In this document: in pieces, positions 24,988-35,089 of the stretch
Layout of the letters: the number at the start of each line of letters is the position of its first letter
Position numbering within the stretch: the stretch's first letter is position 1
From: an uncultured Actinomycetes bacterium
GTDB lineage: Bacteria > Chloroflexota > Dormibacteria > Aeolococcales > Aeolococcaceae
Direction: 5' to 3'
Assembly: GCA_964618935.1 (NCBI GenBank)
Contig: CAZUDL010000001.1
Coordinates: 66,562 to 130,561, forward strand
Length of the DNA: 64,000 bases
Translations under genes and position numbers: made by a program
Notes under the pieces: model-generated
Database searches by the model: none
What the model saw: only the letters and a program-made list of their open reading frames with translations
What the model was told of the DNA's origin: nothing

Positions 24988-26421
24988 ATGGGTCGACGCA
25001 CCTGGCTCAGCAGCTGCTGGATTGCCGCGGCCGCCCTGGGTGTCACCGCCCTCCTCGGGGCCACCGGCGTCGGGGCCACGACGAGCGGCTCCCCCACCGG
25101 GACGCCGACCCCGACCCCCTCGGCCACCAGCTGGTCGATCGTGACCTCGCCCAACGACGGCACCGACTCGAACGCCCTCGCCGGGGTGGCCTGCGCGTCC
25201 GCGGACCTGTGCTGGGCGGTCGGCTTCTACTACGACGACACCAGCAATCTGGACCAGACGCTGATCGAGGAGTGGGACGGCACCTCGTGGAGCCTCGTCA
25301 CCTCGCCGAACGGGAGCTTCGCCGACACGGACGCCTACAGCTACCTCACCGGGGTGGCGTGCGCCTCGGCGACGCTCTGCTGGGCGGTCGGCTACTACTC
25401 CGGGGACTACCAGCAGACGCTGGTCGAGGAGTGGGACGGGAGCGGGACCACGTGGAACGTCGTCTCCTCGCCGGATGCCGGCTCCTTCGACGACCAGCTC
25501 AACGGCGTGACCTGCGCCTCGTCCACCGAGTGCTGGGCGGTCGGCACCTACCTGGGCAGCGACGAGGGCCAGGACATCCTCATCGAGGGGTGGGACGGGA
25601 CCTCGTGGACCCTCAACGTCCCCGCGGCCGACTCCGAGACCGACAGCGCGCCCGGCGTTCTCGGCGGCGTGGCGTGCGCCGGTGCGGACGACTGCTGGGC
25701 GGCCGGCTACAGCACCGGTGACTTCGATCAGACGCTCATCGAGGGCTGGGACGGGACCTCGTGGAGCCCCGCTGCGTCCCCCGACAGCGGCACCTCCGAC
25801 AACGACCTGTACGGCGTGACCTGCGCCTCGTCCACCGAGTGCTGGGCGGTCGGCGACTACATCGGCAGTGATGAGGGCCCGCACATCCTCATCCTCGGCC
25901 TGGTGAGCGGTTCGTGGACCACCAGCGTCGGCGGCTACGTCGAGACGGAGAGCGCCGCCGGGTACCTCTACGGGGTGGCCTGCGCCACCGCCGGCGAGTG
26001 CTGGGCGGTGGGCCGGGCCACGGACGGTGACGGCTACGATCAGGTCATCACCGAGGAATGGACCGGGACGTCGTGGAGCTCCGTCGCAGCGCCGGACAGC
26101 TCCACCCCCGACACGCCCTACAGCGGCGACGTGAACAACGCGCTGGTGGCGGCGGCGTGCGTCCCCGCCGCGGAGTGCTTCGCCGTCGGCTTCTACGGGT
26201 ACGAGGCCGATCCCACCTTGATCGAGGAGTACCCGGCGGCTGCCGCGGCCACGCCCACCCCGGCGACCGTCCCCGTGCCGAACACGGGGGCGCTGGCGGG
26301 ATCGCCGTGGCCGGCCGGAATCGTCGCCGCCGTGCTCGGCGTCCTGCTCGCCGGCACCGCCGTGGCATGGCGCCGGCGGGGGCCGGCCGGATCGCCGGAC
26401 AGGTCGCGCATCGAGATCTGA
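24988..26421 (+). CDS. Secreted, probably sortase-anchored surface protein built from seven ~50-aa Cys-pair repeats (possible beta-propeller)
   Basis: ATG at 24988 with GAAAGGGAG RBS. Signal peptide MGRRTWLSSCWIAAAALGVTALLGATGVGA. Seven repeats of consensus SW(S/T)xV.SP....L.GV(A/T)CAS...CWAVG.Y.......QTLIEEWDGT. The C-terminal VPNTG is followed by a hydrophobic stretch and WRRRG, which looks like a cell-wall sorting signal. Confidence 0.7.
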   Translation: MGRRTWLSSCWIAAAALGVTALLGATGVGATTSGSPTGTPTPTPSATSWSIVTSPNDGTDSNALAGVACASADLCWAVGFYYDDTSNLDQTLIEEWDGTSWSLVTSPNGSFADTDAYSYLTGVACASATLCWAVGYYSGDYQQTLVEEWDGSGTTWNVVSSPDAGSFDDQLNGVTCASSTECWAVGTYLGSDEGQDILIEGWDGTSWTLNVPAADSETDSAPGVLGGVACAGADDCWAAGYSTGDFDQTLIEGWDGTSWSPAASPDSGTSDNDLYGVTCASSTECWAVGDYIGSDEGPHILILGLVSGSWTTSVGGYVETESAAGYLYGVACATAGECWAVGRATDGDGYDQVITEEWTGTSWSSVAAPDSSTPDTPYSGDVNNALVAAACVPAAECFAVGFYGYEADPTLIEEYPAAAAATPTPATVPVPNTGALAGSPWPAGIVAAVLGVLLAGTAVAWRRRGPAGSPDRSRIEI

Positions 26422-26424
26422 CCC

Positions 26425-26441
26425 GCGGCCCGCCGGGCCGC
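26425..26441 (+). terminator. GC hairpin after the repeat-protein gene
   Basis: GCGGCCCG-cc-GGGCCGC, with no U-tract (common in high-GC genomes). Confidence 0.3.
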
Positions 26442-26526
26442 CCAACCCCATTGCGCATTCCGCGGTGGCGGTTCAGACTAACCCACGCCCCACGGCCAGT
26501 CCCCCCCACGTCACCCAAGGGCCGTC

Positions 26527-26964
26527 ATGAAAGCCGCTCCTCCTGAGCGACCCCGCCTCTTCGCCCCGCGCCGCGTCCTCGCCATCGTGGTCGCGGTGGC
26601 CTGCGGCTGGGCCGCCTACGGCCTCTACGGGGAGACCTCGCAGACGCGGTCCCTCGACGCCCGCGTCGCCCAGCTGAAGGCCGGCAACGCCGCCCTCAGC
26701 TCGCAGATCGCCCAGCGCTCCCTGGAGATCGCCGAATCGAGCAGCTCCGCCTGGATCGAGGCCCAGGCTCGCAGGCTCGGCTACGTGATGCCGGGGGAGA
26801 AGGTGTACGTGCTCGACCCCGGCGGCAAGGCGACCCCCAGCTTCGCCGGCGTCCCGGCCACGGCGCCCACCTTCGACCCGCCGACGCCCGTCCCCACCCC
26901 GACCCCGACCCCGACGGCGACGCCGAGTCCCACCCCCGAGACGCCCCCGACACCCTCGCCCTGA
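26527..26964 (+). CDS. ftsB: Septum formation initiator family protein (FtsB/DivIC-like)
   Basis: N-terminal TM (VLAIVVAVACGWAAYGLY), coiled-coil region, (I)EAQARRLGYVMPGEKVYVL motif, Pro/Thr-rich tail. Sits at the conserved position downstream of mazG. Confidence 0.6.
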   Translation: MKAAPPERPRLFAPRRVLAIVVAVACGWAAYGLYGETSQTRSLDARVAQLKAGNAALSSQIAQRSLEIAESSSSAWIEAQARRLGYVMPGEKVYVLDPGGKATPSFAGVPATAPTFDPPTPVPTPTPTPTATPSPTPETPPTPSP

Positions 26965-27024
26965 GGGCGCGTCCTGGGCCCCGGGCCCCTGCTCGATGGC
27001 GCGCCCGGTGCGGTATGCTCCTCC

Positions 27025-27099
27025 GGCGGCGTGGAGCAGTGGAAGCTCGTCGGGCTCATAACCCGAAGGTCGCTGGTTCGAATCCAGCCGCCGCAACCA
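27025..27099 (+). tRNA. tRNA-Met (CAT), initiator-type features
   Basis: Cloverleaf with anticodon loop CTCATAA. Three consecutive G:C pairs at the base of the anticodon stem (GGG/CCC). A 1:72 G.A mismatch. T-loop TTCGAAT. CCA encoded. Confidence 0.8.
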
Positions 27100-27164
27100 C
27101 TCCTCCCCCCTGCGTCGGTGCCGATGTCGTCGCTGTCCGGCATCCGGCCCCCGGCGCTTCCTCC

Positions 27165-27237
27165 GGCGGTATAGCTCAGGTGGTAGAGCGCCCGGCTCAT
27201 ACCCGGTATGTCCCTGGTTCGACCCCAGGTACCGCCA
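27165..27237 (+). tRNA. tRNA with CAT anticodon, either elongator Met or Ile2 (lysidine, LAU)
   Basis: Acceptor ggcggta/taccgcc fully paired. D-arm GCTC/GAGC. Anticodon loop CTCATAC. T-loop TTCGACC. Discriminator A. No CCA encoded. Lies immediately upstream of tilS. Confidence 0.8.
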
Positions 27238-27251
27238 CGTGGGCCCGGCAG

Positions 27252-28046
27252 TTGCCTCCGGGCGAGCGGGTCGCCGCCGTCGGCCGGCTCCGCCGCGCCG
27301 TCGCCTCCGCCGCCGATCGGCGCGACGTCATCCGCCCCGGCGAGACGGTGGTGGTGGCCTGCAGCGGGGGGCCGGATTCGACCGCCCTCGTCGATGCCGT
27401 GGCCCGGCTGGCGCCGCCCCGCGGCTGGCGCCTTCACGTCGTCCACGTCGACCATGGGCTGCGGCCCGGGTCGGCTGCCGAGGCGGGACCGGTCGCCGCC
27501 CTGGCCGCCCGGCTCGGCCTCGGTTTCGAGGCGGTGAGGGTCGAGGTCGAGAGCGGCCCCTCCATTCAGGACCAGGCCCGCCGGGCCCGTCACGCCGGGC
27601 TCGCGGCGGTCGCCGACCGGCTCGGCGCCACCGCCATCGCGCTGGGCCACACCGCCGACGACCAGGCGGAGACGGTCCTGATGCGCCTCCTCACCAGCGC
27701 CACCCCCTGGAGCCTGCGGGCGATGGCGGAGCGCGAGGGTAGGCTGGCCCGCCCGCTTCTCCGCGTCTGGCGCCAGGCGACCCTGGACTACTGCGCGGCC
27801 CTCGGTCTCGAGCCGATCGACGACCCGAGCAACCGCGATCCCCGCTTCCTGCGCAGCCGGGTGCGCCACGAGCTCCTGCCGGCGCTGGAGGAGGTCTTCC
27901 CGGGCGCGCGCCGGCGGCTGGCCACCCTGGCGCTGCGGCAGCGCAGCCTCCTGGAAGAAGGTGGCGGGGCCGGACCCGCAGCAACCGGGAACAAGGCTGT
28001 CACTCCACGATCGCGCCTCCCGCGCAGTTCGGAGCCCCTGCTATAG
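27252..28046 (+). CDS. tilS: tRNA(Ile)-lysidine synthetase TilS (short form)
   Basis: PP-loop motif [41 protein letters not shown]. The TTG start at 27252 is uncertain. The track's long ORF from 27015 runs through the tRNAs and is not real upstream of about 27240. Confidence 0.75.
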   Translation: MPPGERVAAVGRLRRAVASAADRRDVIRPGETVVVACSGGPDSTALVDAVARLAPPRGWRLHVVHVDHGLRPGSAAEAGPVAALAARLGLGFEAVRVEVESGPSIQDQARRARHAGLAAVADRLGATAIALGHTADDQAETVLMRLLTSATPWSLRAMAEREGRLARPLLRVWRQATLDYCAALGLEPIDDPSNRDPRFLRSRVRHELLPALEEVFPGARRRLATLALRQRSLLEEGGGAGPAATGNKAVTPRSRLPRSSEPLL

Positions 28047-28056
28047 ACTGGCTCGG

Positions 28057-29955
28057 ATGCGCAACTCTCGGCGCCCCTTCTCCTGGATGCTCGGCGTGCT
28101 CCTGGTCGTGGTCGTCCTGCTGGTCTTCTACGGGCGCTCCGGCCCCGCCTCGACCACCGAGACGAGCGGCCAGCTGCAGGCGGCGGTCACCCTCTGGGAG
28201 AGCAACCACACCGCACCCCAGGCCATCTCCAACAGCAAGAGCGACCAGACCCAGATCAGCAGCGACGGGAGTACGGTCACCTGGTATGACAATGCGGGGA
28301 GCCTCTACACCACCACCATCGGCGACAGCGACCAGGCCACCACAGAGTTCAGAACGGCCGGCTACAACAACTATCAAGTTGACGAGAGCAGCTTGTCCGA
28401 CATCCTGATCAGCCTCCTGCCGACGCTCGTGCTCGTCGGGATCATGGTGTTCTTCGTCTGGTGGATGCTCCGCCAGAGCCAGTCGGGCAACAACCAGGCG
28501 ATGTCCTTCGGCCGCAGCCGGGCCCGGCTGCTCGCCGGTGACAAGCCGTCGGTCACCTTCTTGGACGTCGCCGGGGTCGACGAGGCCAAGCAGGAGCTGG
28601 GCGAGATCGTCGAGTTCCTCAAGTACCCGGACAAGTTCACCGCCGTGGGAGCCCGCATCCCCAAGGGCGTCCTCCTCGTCGGCCCGCCCGGCACCGGCAA
28701 GACGCTGCTCTCCAAGGCCGTCGCCGGCGAGGCGGGCGTGCCCTTCTTCAGCATCTCCGGGTCGGAGTTCGTCGAGATGTTCGTCGGTGTCGGCGCCAGC
28801 CGCGTCCGCGATCTCTTCGACCAGGCAAAGAAGAACTCGCCGTGCATCGTCTTCGTCGACGAGATCGACGCGGTGGGCCGCCAGCGCGGCGCCGGCGTCG
28901 GCGGCGGCCACGACGAGCGCGAGCAGACCCTGAACCAGCTGCTCGTCGAGATGGACGGTTTCGAGACGTCGGTGCACGTCATCGTCATCGCCGCCACCAA
29001 CCGTCCCGACGTCCTCGACCCCGCGCTGCTCCGGCCCGGCCGATTCGACCGGCATGTGATGCTGGATCGCTCCGACATCCGCGGCCGACGCGCCATCCTC
29101 GAGGTCCACGCCCGCAACAAGCCGCTCGACCCCAGCGTGGACCTGCAGGTGCTGGCCAAGCAGACCCCCGGCTTCTCCGGCGCCGACCTCGCCAACCTCA
29201 TCAACGAGGCGGCCATCCTCACCGCGCGCCAGAACCGCAAGCTCATCGGCATGCCGCAGCTGGAGGAGGCGATCGCGCGCGTCATCGCCGGGCCGGAGCG
29301 CAGCAGCCGGATGATCAGCGAGAAGGAGAAGTCCACCATCGCCTACCACGAGATGGGCCACGCATTGGTCGGCATCACGCTGGAGCACACCGACCCGGTG
29401 CACAAGGTCTCCATCGTCAGCCGCGGCATGGCTCTGGGGTGGACGCTGTCGCTGCCCACCGAGGACAAGTACCTGGTGAGCAAGGCGGAGCTGGTCGACC
29501 AGCTGGCCCAGATCCTGGGCGGCCGCTGCGCCGAGGACCTCATCCTCGGCGAGGCCAACATCACGACCGGCGCCAGCGACGACATCCGCAAGGCGACCGA
29601 CCTGGCCCGCAAGATGGTCACCGAGTGGGGCATGAGCGAGAAGCTCGGCCCGCGCACCTTCGGCGAGCGTCAGGAGATGGTCTTCCTGGGTCGCGACCTG
29701 GGGGAGCAGCGCAACTACTCCGAGGACGTCGCCTCCGAGATCGACCAGGAGGTGCACCACCTGGTCGAATCGGCCTTCCTGCGTGCCAAGGGCGTGCTCC
29801 GCGAGCGCGAGAAGGTGCTCCGGGCCCTCGCCGCCCGCCTCACCGAGGTGGAGACGATGGAGGCCGCGGAGATGCACAAGCTCATCGCCGAGGTCGAGGG
29901 CAGGAAGGAGGCCCCTGGCGAGGTCGCGGCCGGGACGGTCGCCGTCGGCGGCTGA
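28057..29955 (+). CDS. ftsH: ATP-dependent zinc metalloprotease FtsH
   Basis: ATG at 28057 ([22 protein letters not shown]). Two TM helices. AAA+ Walker [19 protein letters not shown] zinc motif. Confidence 0.9.
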   Translation: MRNSRRPFSWMLGVLLVVVVLLVFYGRSGPASTTETSGQLQAAVTLWESNHTAPQAISNSKSDQTQISSDGSTVTWYDNAGSLYTTTIGDSDQATTEFRTAGYNNYQVDESSLSDILISLLPTLVLVGIMVFFVWWMLRQSQSGNNQAMSFGRSRARLLAGDKPSVTFLDVAGVDEAKQELGEIVEFLKYPDKFTAVGARIPKGVLLVGPPGTGKTLLSKAVAGEAGVPFFSISGSEFVEMFVGVGASRVRDLFDQAKKNSPCIVFVDEIDAVGRQRGAGVGGGHDEREQTLNQLLVEMDGFETSVHVIVIAATNRPDVLDPALLRPGRFDRHVMLDRSDIRGRRAILEVHARNKPLDPSVDLQVLAKQTPGFSGADLANLINEAAILTARQNRKLIGMPQLEEAIARVIAGPERSSRMISEKEKSTIAYHEMGHALVGITLEHTDPVHKVSIVSRGMALGWTLSLPTEDKYLVSKAELVDQLAQILGGRCAEDLILGEANITTGASDDIRKATDLARKMVTEWGMSEKLGPRTFGERQEMVFLGRDLGEQRNYSEDVASEIDQEVHHLVESAFLRAKGVLREREKVLRALAARLTEVETMEAAEMHKLIAEVEGRKEAPGEVAAGTVAVGG

Positions 29956-30212
29956 GCCCTCAGGCTCGCGCCGCCGCCTGTCGGGTCGCCGCCCGCCGCC
30001 CCCCGGCGTACACTCGATCCCAGATCGGTCCCGCGCAGCGGCCGTGGCCCGGGGACGCCCTGCGGCGCCTCGAGGCACCGGAATGCGGCCGCCGGACGGA
30101 GCCGTGACCGCCCTGTCCGCTTGGATCCGGAGGTGACCGAGACGGTGATGACCACCCGCGGCGCGAGGCCGCATGCCATTAGCGGCGCCGCCGCCGCCAG
30201 CGGAGCCGGGTC

Positions 30213-31007
30213 ATGGCGGTGACCATTCCCGGCCTCATCGAGCGCAAGCGTCGCGGCGAGCGCTTCGCCATGCTCACCGCCTACGACTACACCACGGCGC
30301 GAATCCTCGCCGAGGCGGAGATCCCCGTCATCCTCGTCGGCGACACGCTGGGCATGCTCATGCTCGGCTATCGCACCACGCTGCCGGTGACCATGACGGA
30401 GATGCTCCACCACGCCCGGGCCGTGGCCCGCGGCGCCCCCGAGCAGCTGCTGGTGGGGGACATGCCCTTCAACGCGTACCACGCCAGCGACGAGCAGGCC
30501 ATCGGCAACGCCGCCGACTTCCTCCAGGCGGGGATGCACGCCGTCAAGGTGGAGGGCGGCGGCAGGGTCAGCGGCCTGGTGGAGAAGCTGACCCAGCGCG
30601 GCATCCCGGTGATGGGGCACCTGGGCCTGACGCCGCAGTTCGTCAACCTCTTCGGCGGTTTCCGGGTCCAGGGCCGGGAGGCGGCCGCGGCGGCCCAGAT
30701 CGAGAGCGACGCCCGCTCCCTGGAACAGGCGGGGGCGTTCGCGGTCGTCCTCGAGGGGGTGCCGCGCATCCTCGCCGCCAGCATCACCCGGGCCCTCGCC
30801 ATCCCCACCATCGGCATCGGCGCCGGCCCCGACTGCGACGGCCAAGTCCTGGTCATCCACGACATGCTGGGACTGACCCGCGGCCCCGTCCCCAGCTTCG
30901 TCAAGGCCTTCGCCACGCTCGGCGACCAGGCGGTGGGGGCGGCCCGGGACTTCGCCGCAGAGGTGACCTCCGGCGCCTACCCCGACGATGCCCACAGCTA
31001 CTCCTGA
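30213..31007 (+). CDS. panB: 3-methyl-2-oxobutanoate hydroxymethyltransferase
   Basis: MLTAYDYTTARILAEAEIPVILVGDTLGMLMLGY...VKVEGG is the PanB signature. Confidence 0.85.
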   Translation: MAVTIPGLIERKRRGERFAMLTAYDYTTARILAEAEIPVILVGDTLGMLMLGYRTTLPVTMTEMLHHARAVARGAPEQLLVGDMPFNAYHASDEQAIGNAADFLQAGMHAVKVEGGGRVSGLVEKLTQRGIPVMGHLGLTPQFVNLFGGFRVQGREAAAAAQIESDARSLEQAGAFAVVLEGVPRILAASITRALAIPTIGIGAGPDCDGQVLVIHDMLGLTRGPVPSFVKAFATLGDQAVGAARDFAAEVTSGAYPDDAHSYS

Positions 31008-31911
31008 GGGCGCGCCCTCCGCGAGCTGGGGGCCGCCGCTGACCCGGGTCGAGACGCCGGAGCGACTCCGGCGCCAGTGCGAGCGCCGGCGGGCGGCCGG
31101 GCTCAGCCTCGGGCTGGTGCCGACCATGGGGGCGCTGCACGCCGGCCACCGCTCCCTCATCGAGCGGTCGCTGGCGGAGAACGACCGCACCGTGGTCAGC
31201 ATCTTCGTCAACCCCATCCAGTTCGGCGCCGGCGAGGACCTGGACCGCTACCCGAGGACCCTGGACGCCGACCTTGCGCTCTGCGCCGGGCTGGGCGTCG
31301 ACCTCGTCTACGCCCCCGCCGTCCCCGACGTCTACCCCCCGGGGTTCGCGACCCGGGTGCGCCTCGTCGGGCCGATCGCCGAGACCCTGGAGGGTGCCCA
31401 CCGGCCCGGCCACATCGAGGGCGTGGCCACCATCGTCGCCAAGCTCCTGGTCACCGTCCGGCCCGACCGCGCCTACTTCGGCCGCAAGGACGCCCAGCAG
31501 TGCGCCGCCGTCCGCCGCCTCGCGGCCGACCTCGACACCGGCACGGAGATCGTGGTCTGTCCCACCGTCCGCGACCCCGACGGGCTTGCCCTGAGCAGCC
31601 GCAACGGCCGTCTCAGCCCCGCCGAACGCCTCCAGGCGCTGGCCATCCCCGCCGCGCTGGCCGCCGCCGGGGCGGCCCACGCCGCCGGCGAGCGGGACCC
31701 CGAGCGGCTGCGGCAGATCATGCGGCTCCGCCTCGCAAGGAGCCCGGACCTCGCCGTGGACTATGCCGAGGTGGTGGACGCCGCCACCTTCGAGCCGGCC
31801 ACGGCGGCATGCGTTCGATGCGAATTTCTCATCGCTGGTAGAATTGGTGATACCCGGCTGATCGACTCGATGAGCCCGGGGGAGGATGACCGGCCGATCG
31901 TCGCCGGGTGA
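30988..31911 (+). CDS. panC: Pantoate--beta-alanine ligase
   Basis: LGLVPTMGALHAGHRSLI...FGRKDAQQ. A start later than 30988 is possible. Confidence 0.85.
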   Translation: MPTATPEGAPSASWGPPLTRVETPERLRRQCERRRAAGLSLGLVPTMGALHAGHRSLIERSLAENDRTVVSIFVNPIQFGAGEDLDRYPRTLDADLALCAGLGVDLVYAPAVPDVYPPGFATRVRLVGPIAETLEGAHRPGHIEGVATIVAKLLVTVRPDRAYFGRKDAQQCAAVRRLAADLDTGTEIVVCPTVRDPDGLALSSRNGRLSPAERLQALAIPAALAAAGAAHAAGERDPERLRQIMRLRLARSPDLAVDYAEVVDAATFEPATAACVRCEFLIAGRIGDTRLIDSMSPGEDDRPIVAG

Positions 31912-31950
31912 GTGTTCACCCTGACGGGCATGGGACGGGAAGGAGCCAGC

Positions 31951-32310
31951 GTGCAGCGCATCGTCGTCAAGTCCAAGATCCACCGCGCCACGGTGACGCG
32001 GGCCGATCTCGACTACGAGGGCTCATGCAGCATCGACCGCGAGCTGTTGCGCCTCGCCGACATCGTTCCCGGCGAACAGGTCCATGTGCTCAATCTGGCC
32101 AATGGGGAGCGCGCCGTCACCTACGCGATCGAGGGTGAATCCGGCGAGATCGGTCTGAATGGGGCGATCGCCCACCTCGGCAAGGCCGGGGACCTGGTGA
32201 TCCTGCTCAGCTACGCCCAGTACGAGGACGCCGAGCTGCGCGGCCAGGCCCCCAGGATCGTTCTCGTCGACGCCGCCAACCGCCCCCGCACCGAGGCGCT
32301 GACGCCCTGA
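31951..32310 (+). CDS. panD: Aspartate 1-decarboxylase
   Basis: GTG at 31951 after [37 protein letters not shown], with the Gly-Ser self-cleavage site. Confidence 0.85.
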   Translation: MQRIVVKSKIHRATVTRADLDYEGSCSIDRELLRLADIVPGEQVHVLNLANGERAVTYAIEGESGEIGLNGAIAHLGKAGDLVILLSYAQYEDAELRGQAPRIVLVDAANRPRTEALTP

Positions 32311-32351
32311 TCTCTCTCCACTCCCCCCTCGCGACGCGCCCCGGCCCCGAC

Positions 32352-33902
32352 GTGGTGGTCGTCGGCAGCGGCATCGCCGGGCTGGCCGCCGCCCTCACGG
32401 CGGCACCCCGCGCCCGGGTGCTGGTGATCGCCAAGGGTGGCTTCGACGCCGGCTGCACCTGGTTCGCCCAGGGGGGCATCGCCGCCAGCGTCGGCGACGG
32501 CGACTCCCCCGAGCTGCACTTCCAGGACACCGTCGCCGCCGGCCGCGGCCTGTGCGACGAGGCGGCCGTCCGGGTCCTCACCGAGGAGGCCCCGGCCCGC
32601 ATCGCCGACCTGATCAGCTGGGGCGTCGCCTTCGACCGGCGCGGCGAGGCCCTCGACCTGCACCAGGAGGCGGCCCACAGCCGCCCCCGGGTCCTCCACG
32701 CGGGGGGGGACGCCACCGGGGCCGCCATCGAGACGGCGCTGATGGCCAGGCTGCGGGAGAGCGGGGCGGAGGTCCTCGAGGGCCATGCCGTCACCCGCCT
32801 CACCCTCGGCCCCGACGGCTGCACCGGAGTGGAGGTGTGCGACCTCGCCACGGGACGCCGGGCGAGGATCGGCGCCGGGTCGGTCATCCTCGCCACCGGC
32901 GGCTGCGCCGCCCTGTGGAGGCGCACCACCAACCCCGACGGGGCCACTGGCGACGGCGTGGCCCTGGCCTTCGAGGCGGGTGCCGACGTGGCCGACCTGG
33001 AATTCCTCCAATTCCACCCCACCGTGCTGGCGATCGACGGCGCCCCCCCCTTCCTCATCAGTGAGGCCGTGCGGGGCGAGGGCGCGCTGGTCACCGATGC
33101 GCAGGGCCGCCGCTTCCTCGTCGACGCCGATCCGCGCGGCGAGCTGGCGCCGAGGGACGTCGTCTCCCAGGCGATCTGGGAGGAGCTGGCGCGGAGCGGG
33201 GCCGCCTCGGTGCTCCTCGACTGCAGGCCTCTGGGCGAGGGCATCGCCGACCGGTTCCCCACCGTCGTCGCCACCTGCCGCCGGCACGGCGTGGACCCGG
33301 CGACCACTCCCATCCCGATCGCCCCGGCGGCCCACTACACCATCGGCGGGGTGGTGGCCGACCTCGACGGGGCGACCACCGTGCGCGGTCTCTACGCCTG
33401 CGGAGAGGTCGCCCGCAGCGGCGTCCACGGGGCCAACCGGCTGGCCAGCAACTCCCTGATGGAGGGGCTGGTGTTCGGCCGCCGCGCGGCGCTGGCGGCC
33501 GTGTCGCCGGGCGCGGACCGCCCGCGCGGCTCGATCACCGAGCTGCCGCCCACCACCCTCAAGTCCGGGCTGACCGATCTGGCCGCCGAGCACGAGCTCC
33601 GCGAACTGATGTGGGTGGCCTGCGGCATCACCCGCACCGGGCCCGCCCTGGCGGACGCAGCCGCCGTCATCGAGAGCATGTCGGAGGCCTCGGGCCCCGC
33701 CCAGACGGTGGCCGGACGCCGCCGTCATCTGGCACAGACCACGGCGCGTCTCGTCGTCGAGGCCGCCCTGGCCAGGGAGGAGAGCAGGGGGGCGCACCAT
33801 CGGGGGGACTTCCCCGAGATCAGCGACCGCTGGCACGCGTCGCGCGTCATGCGGTCAGAGACAGGAGTGCATCGTGACCGCGATCTTGCAGCCCACGGCT
33901 GA
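32352..33902 (+). CDS. nadB: L-aspartate oxidase
   Basis: FAD-binding VVVVGSGIAGLAAAL. FAQGGIAA. RPRVLHAGGDATG. HYTIGGV...LYACGE. RGAHHRGDFPE. Confidence 0.85.
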   Translation: MVVVGSGIAGLAAALTAAPRARVLVIAKGGFDAGCTWFAQGGIAASVGDGDSPELHFQDTVAAGRGLCDEAAVRVLTEEAPARIADLISWGVAFDRRGEALDLHQEAAHSRPRVLHAGGDATGAAIETALMARLRESGAEVLEGHAVTRLTLGPDGCTGVEVCDLATGRRARIGAGSVILATGGCAALWRRTTNPDGATGDGVALAFEAGADVADLEFLQFHPTVLAIDGAPPFLISEAVRGEGALVTDAQGRRFLVDADPRGELAPRDVVSQAIWEELARSGAASVLLDCRPLGEGIADRFPTVVATCRRHGVDPATTPIPIAPAAHYTIGGVVADLDGATTVRGLYACGEVARSGVHGANRLASNSLMEGLVFGRRAALAAVSPGADRPRGSITELPPTTLKSGLTDLAAEHELRELMWVACGITRTGPALADAAAVIESMSEASGPAQTVAGRRRHLAQTTARLVVEAALAREESRGAHHRGDFPEISDRWHASRVMRSETGVHRDRDLAAHG

Positions 33903-34740
33903 TCCGCTCGCGCCCGAGTACCTCGACCCGCTGATCCAGGCCGCTCTGGCCGAGGACATCGGCGACGGCGACGTGACCACGGAGGCACTGATCCCCGCCG
34001 AGATGACCTGCCGGGGCAAGATCGTCTGCAAGAACGACGGCGTGATCTGCGGCCTTGCCGTGGCCAAGCGCGTCTTCGAACTGGTCGATCCGCGGGTGCA
34101 GTTCGACGCCAAGACCAAGGACGGCGAGAAGGTCCAGGAGGACCAGATCGTCGCCCGCCTCTTCGGCCCGGCCCGCGGCATCCTCACCGGCGAGCGGGTG
34201 GCGCTCAACTTCCTCCAGCACCTCTCCGGCATCGCCAGCATGACGGGCAGGTACGTCAAGGCCGTGGACGGCACCAAGGCCAAGATCCTCGACACCCGCA
34301 AGACCACTCCCGGGCTCCGCGCCCTGGAGAAGTACGCGACGCGCGTCGGCGGCGCCATCAACCACCGCCTCGGCCTCTACGACTCGGTGATGATCAAGGA
34401 CACCCACCTGGCGCTCATCGGCGGCATCACCCCCGCCCTGCGCGCCGTCCGCAAGGCCTACCCCGACCGCGACGTCATCGTCGAGGTCGGCTGTGCCCAC
34501 GACCTGCAGCAGGCCCTCAGCGACAAGGCTCCCCGCATCCTCCTCGACAACTTCTCGCCGGGCCAGGTGCGCGAGGCGATGGCGACGATCCGCGGCAGGG
34601 CCGTGGTCGAGGTGAGTGGCGGCGTCCAGCCGGGCAACGCCCGCGCCTATGCCCTGGCGGGTGTCGACTTCATCTCGGTGGGGGCTTTGACCCACAGCGC
34701 GGTGGCCCTCGATCTCTCCATGAAGGTCACCCGCTACTGA
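33874..34740 (+). CDS. nadC: Nicotinate-nucleotide pyrophosphorylase (carboxylating)
   Basis: QPRTase motifs ...ILDTRKTTPGLRALEKYA...VMIKDTHL...ILLDNFSP. 29-nt overlap with nadB. Confidence 0.85.
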   Translation: MTAILQPTADPLAPEYLDPLIQAALAEDIGDGDVTTEALIPAEMTCRGKIVCKNDGVICGLAVAKRVFELVDPRVQFDAKTKDGEKVQEDQIVARLFGPARGILTGERVALNFLQHLSGIASMTGRYVKAVDGTKAKILDTRKTTPGLRALEKYATRVGGAINHRLGLYDSVMIKDTHLALIGGITPALRAVRKAYPDRDVIVEVGCAHDLQQALSDKAPRILLDNFSPGQVREAMATIRGRAVVEVSGGVQPGNARAYALAGVDFISVGALTHSAVALDLSMKVTRY

Positions 34741-35089
34741 GCCTCCGGTGGGAGGAGGGTGGGCCAGGCGAGGGTCCGGCACTGTCGCCAGATGCTTCCG
34801 CGCCCAGTGGGTCGCATAGTCGATGAGTCCGGCGACGACGCCGATGTAGACAAAGCCCATCGCCAGAAGCGCATTGTCGAAGCCAGCCCGCGTTCTTTCC
34901 ACACGCCCACTCCGACGGTCCACGCTACCGGGACGTCCGTACGCGGCTCCGATCACCAACCCCCCCGCCCCCAGCGATGGGGTGATCGAGTGCGATGACA
35001 GCCCCCAGAGCGCAGCTCCAGCGCACACCGGCGTTGCGATCAGTACCACGACCACGAACCACCGGATGGGATTCACACCTCTCGCCCTC

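Noticed and set aside
27015-28046. 343-aa ORF spanning both tRNA genes
   Set aside because: The frame stays open across the tRNAs by chance. Only the part downstream of the second tRNA (tilS) is credible.
33847-35076. 409-aa minus-strand ORF whose first ~110 residues look like a two-TM membrane protein with an RBS just after the TetR stop
   Set aside because: It has no in-frame stop until it has run antisense through all of nadC, and its GC3 bias is weaker than in real genes. Most likely spurious, though a short real peptide ended by a sequencing frameshift cannot be excluded.
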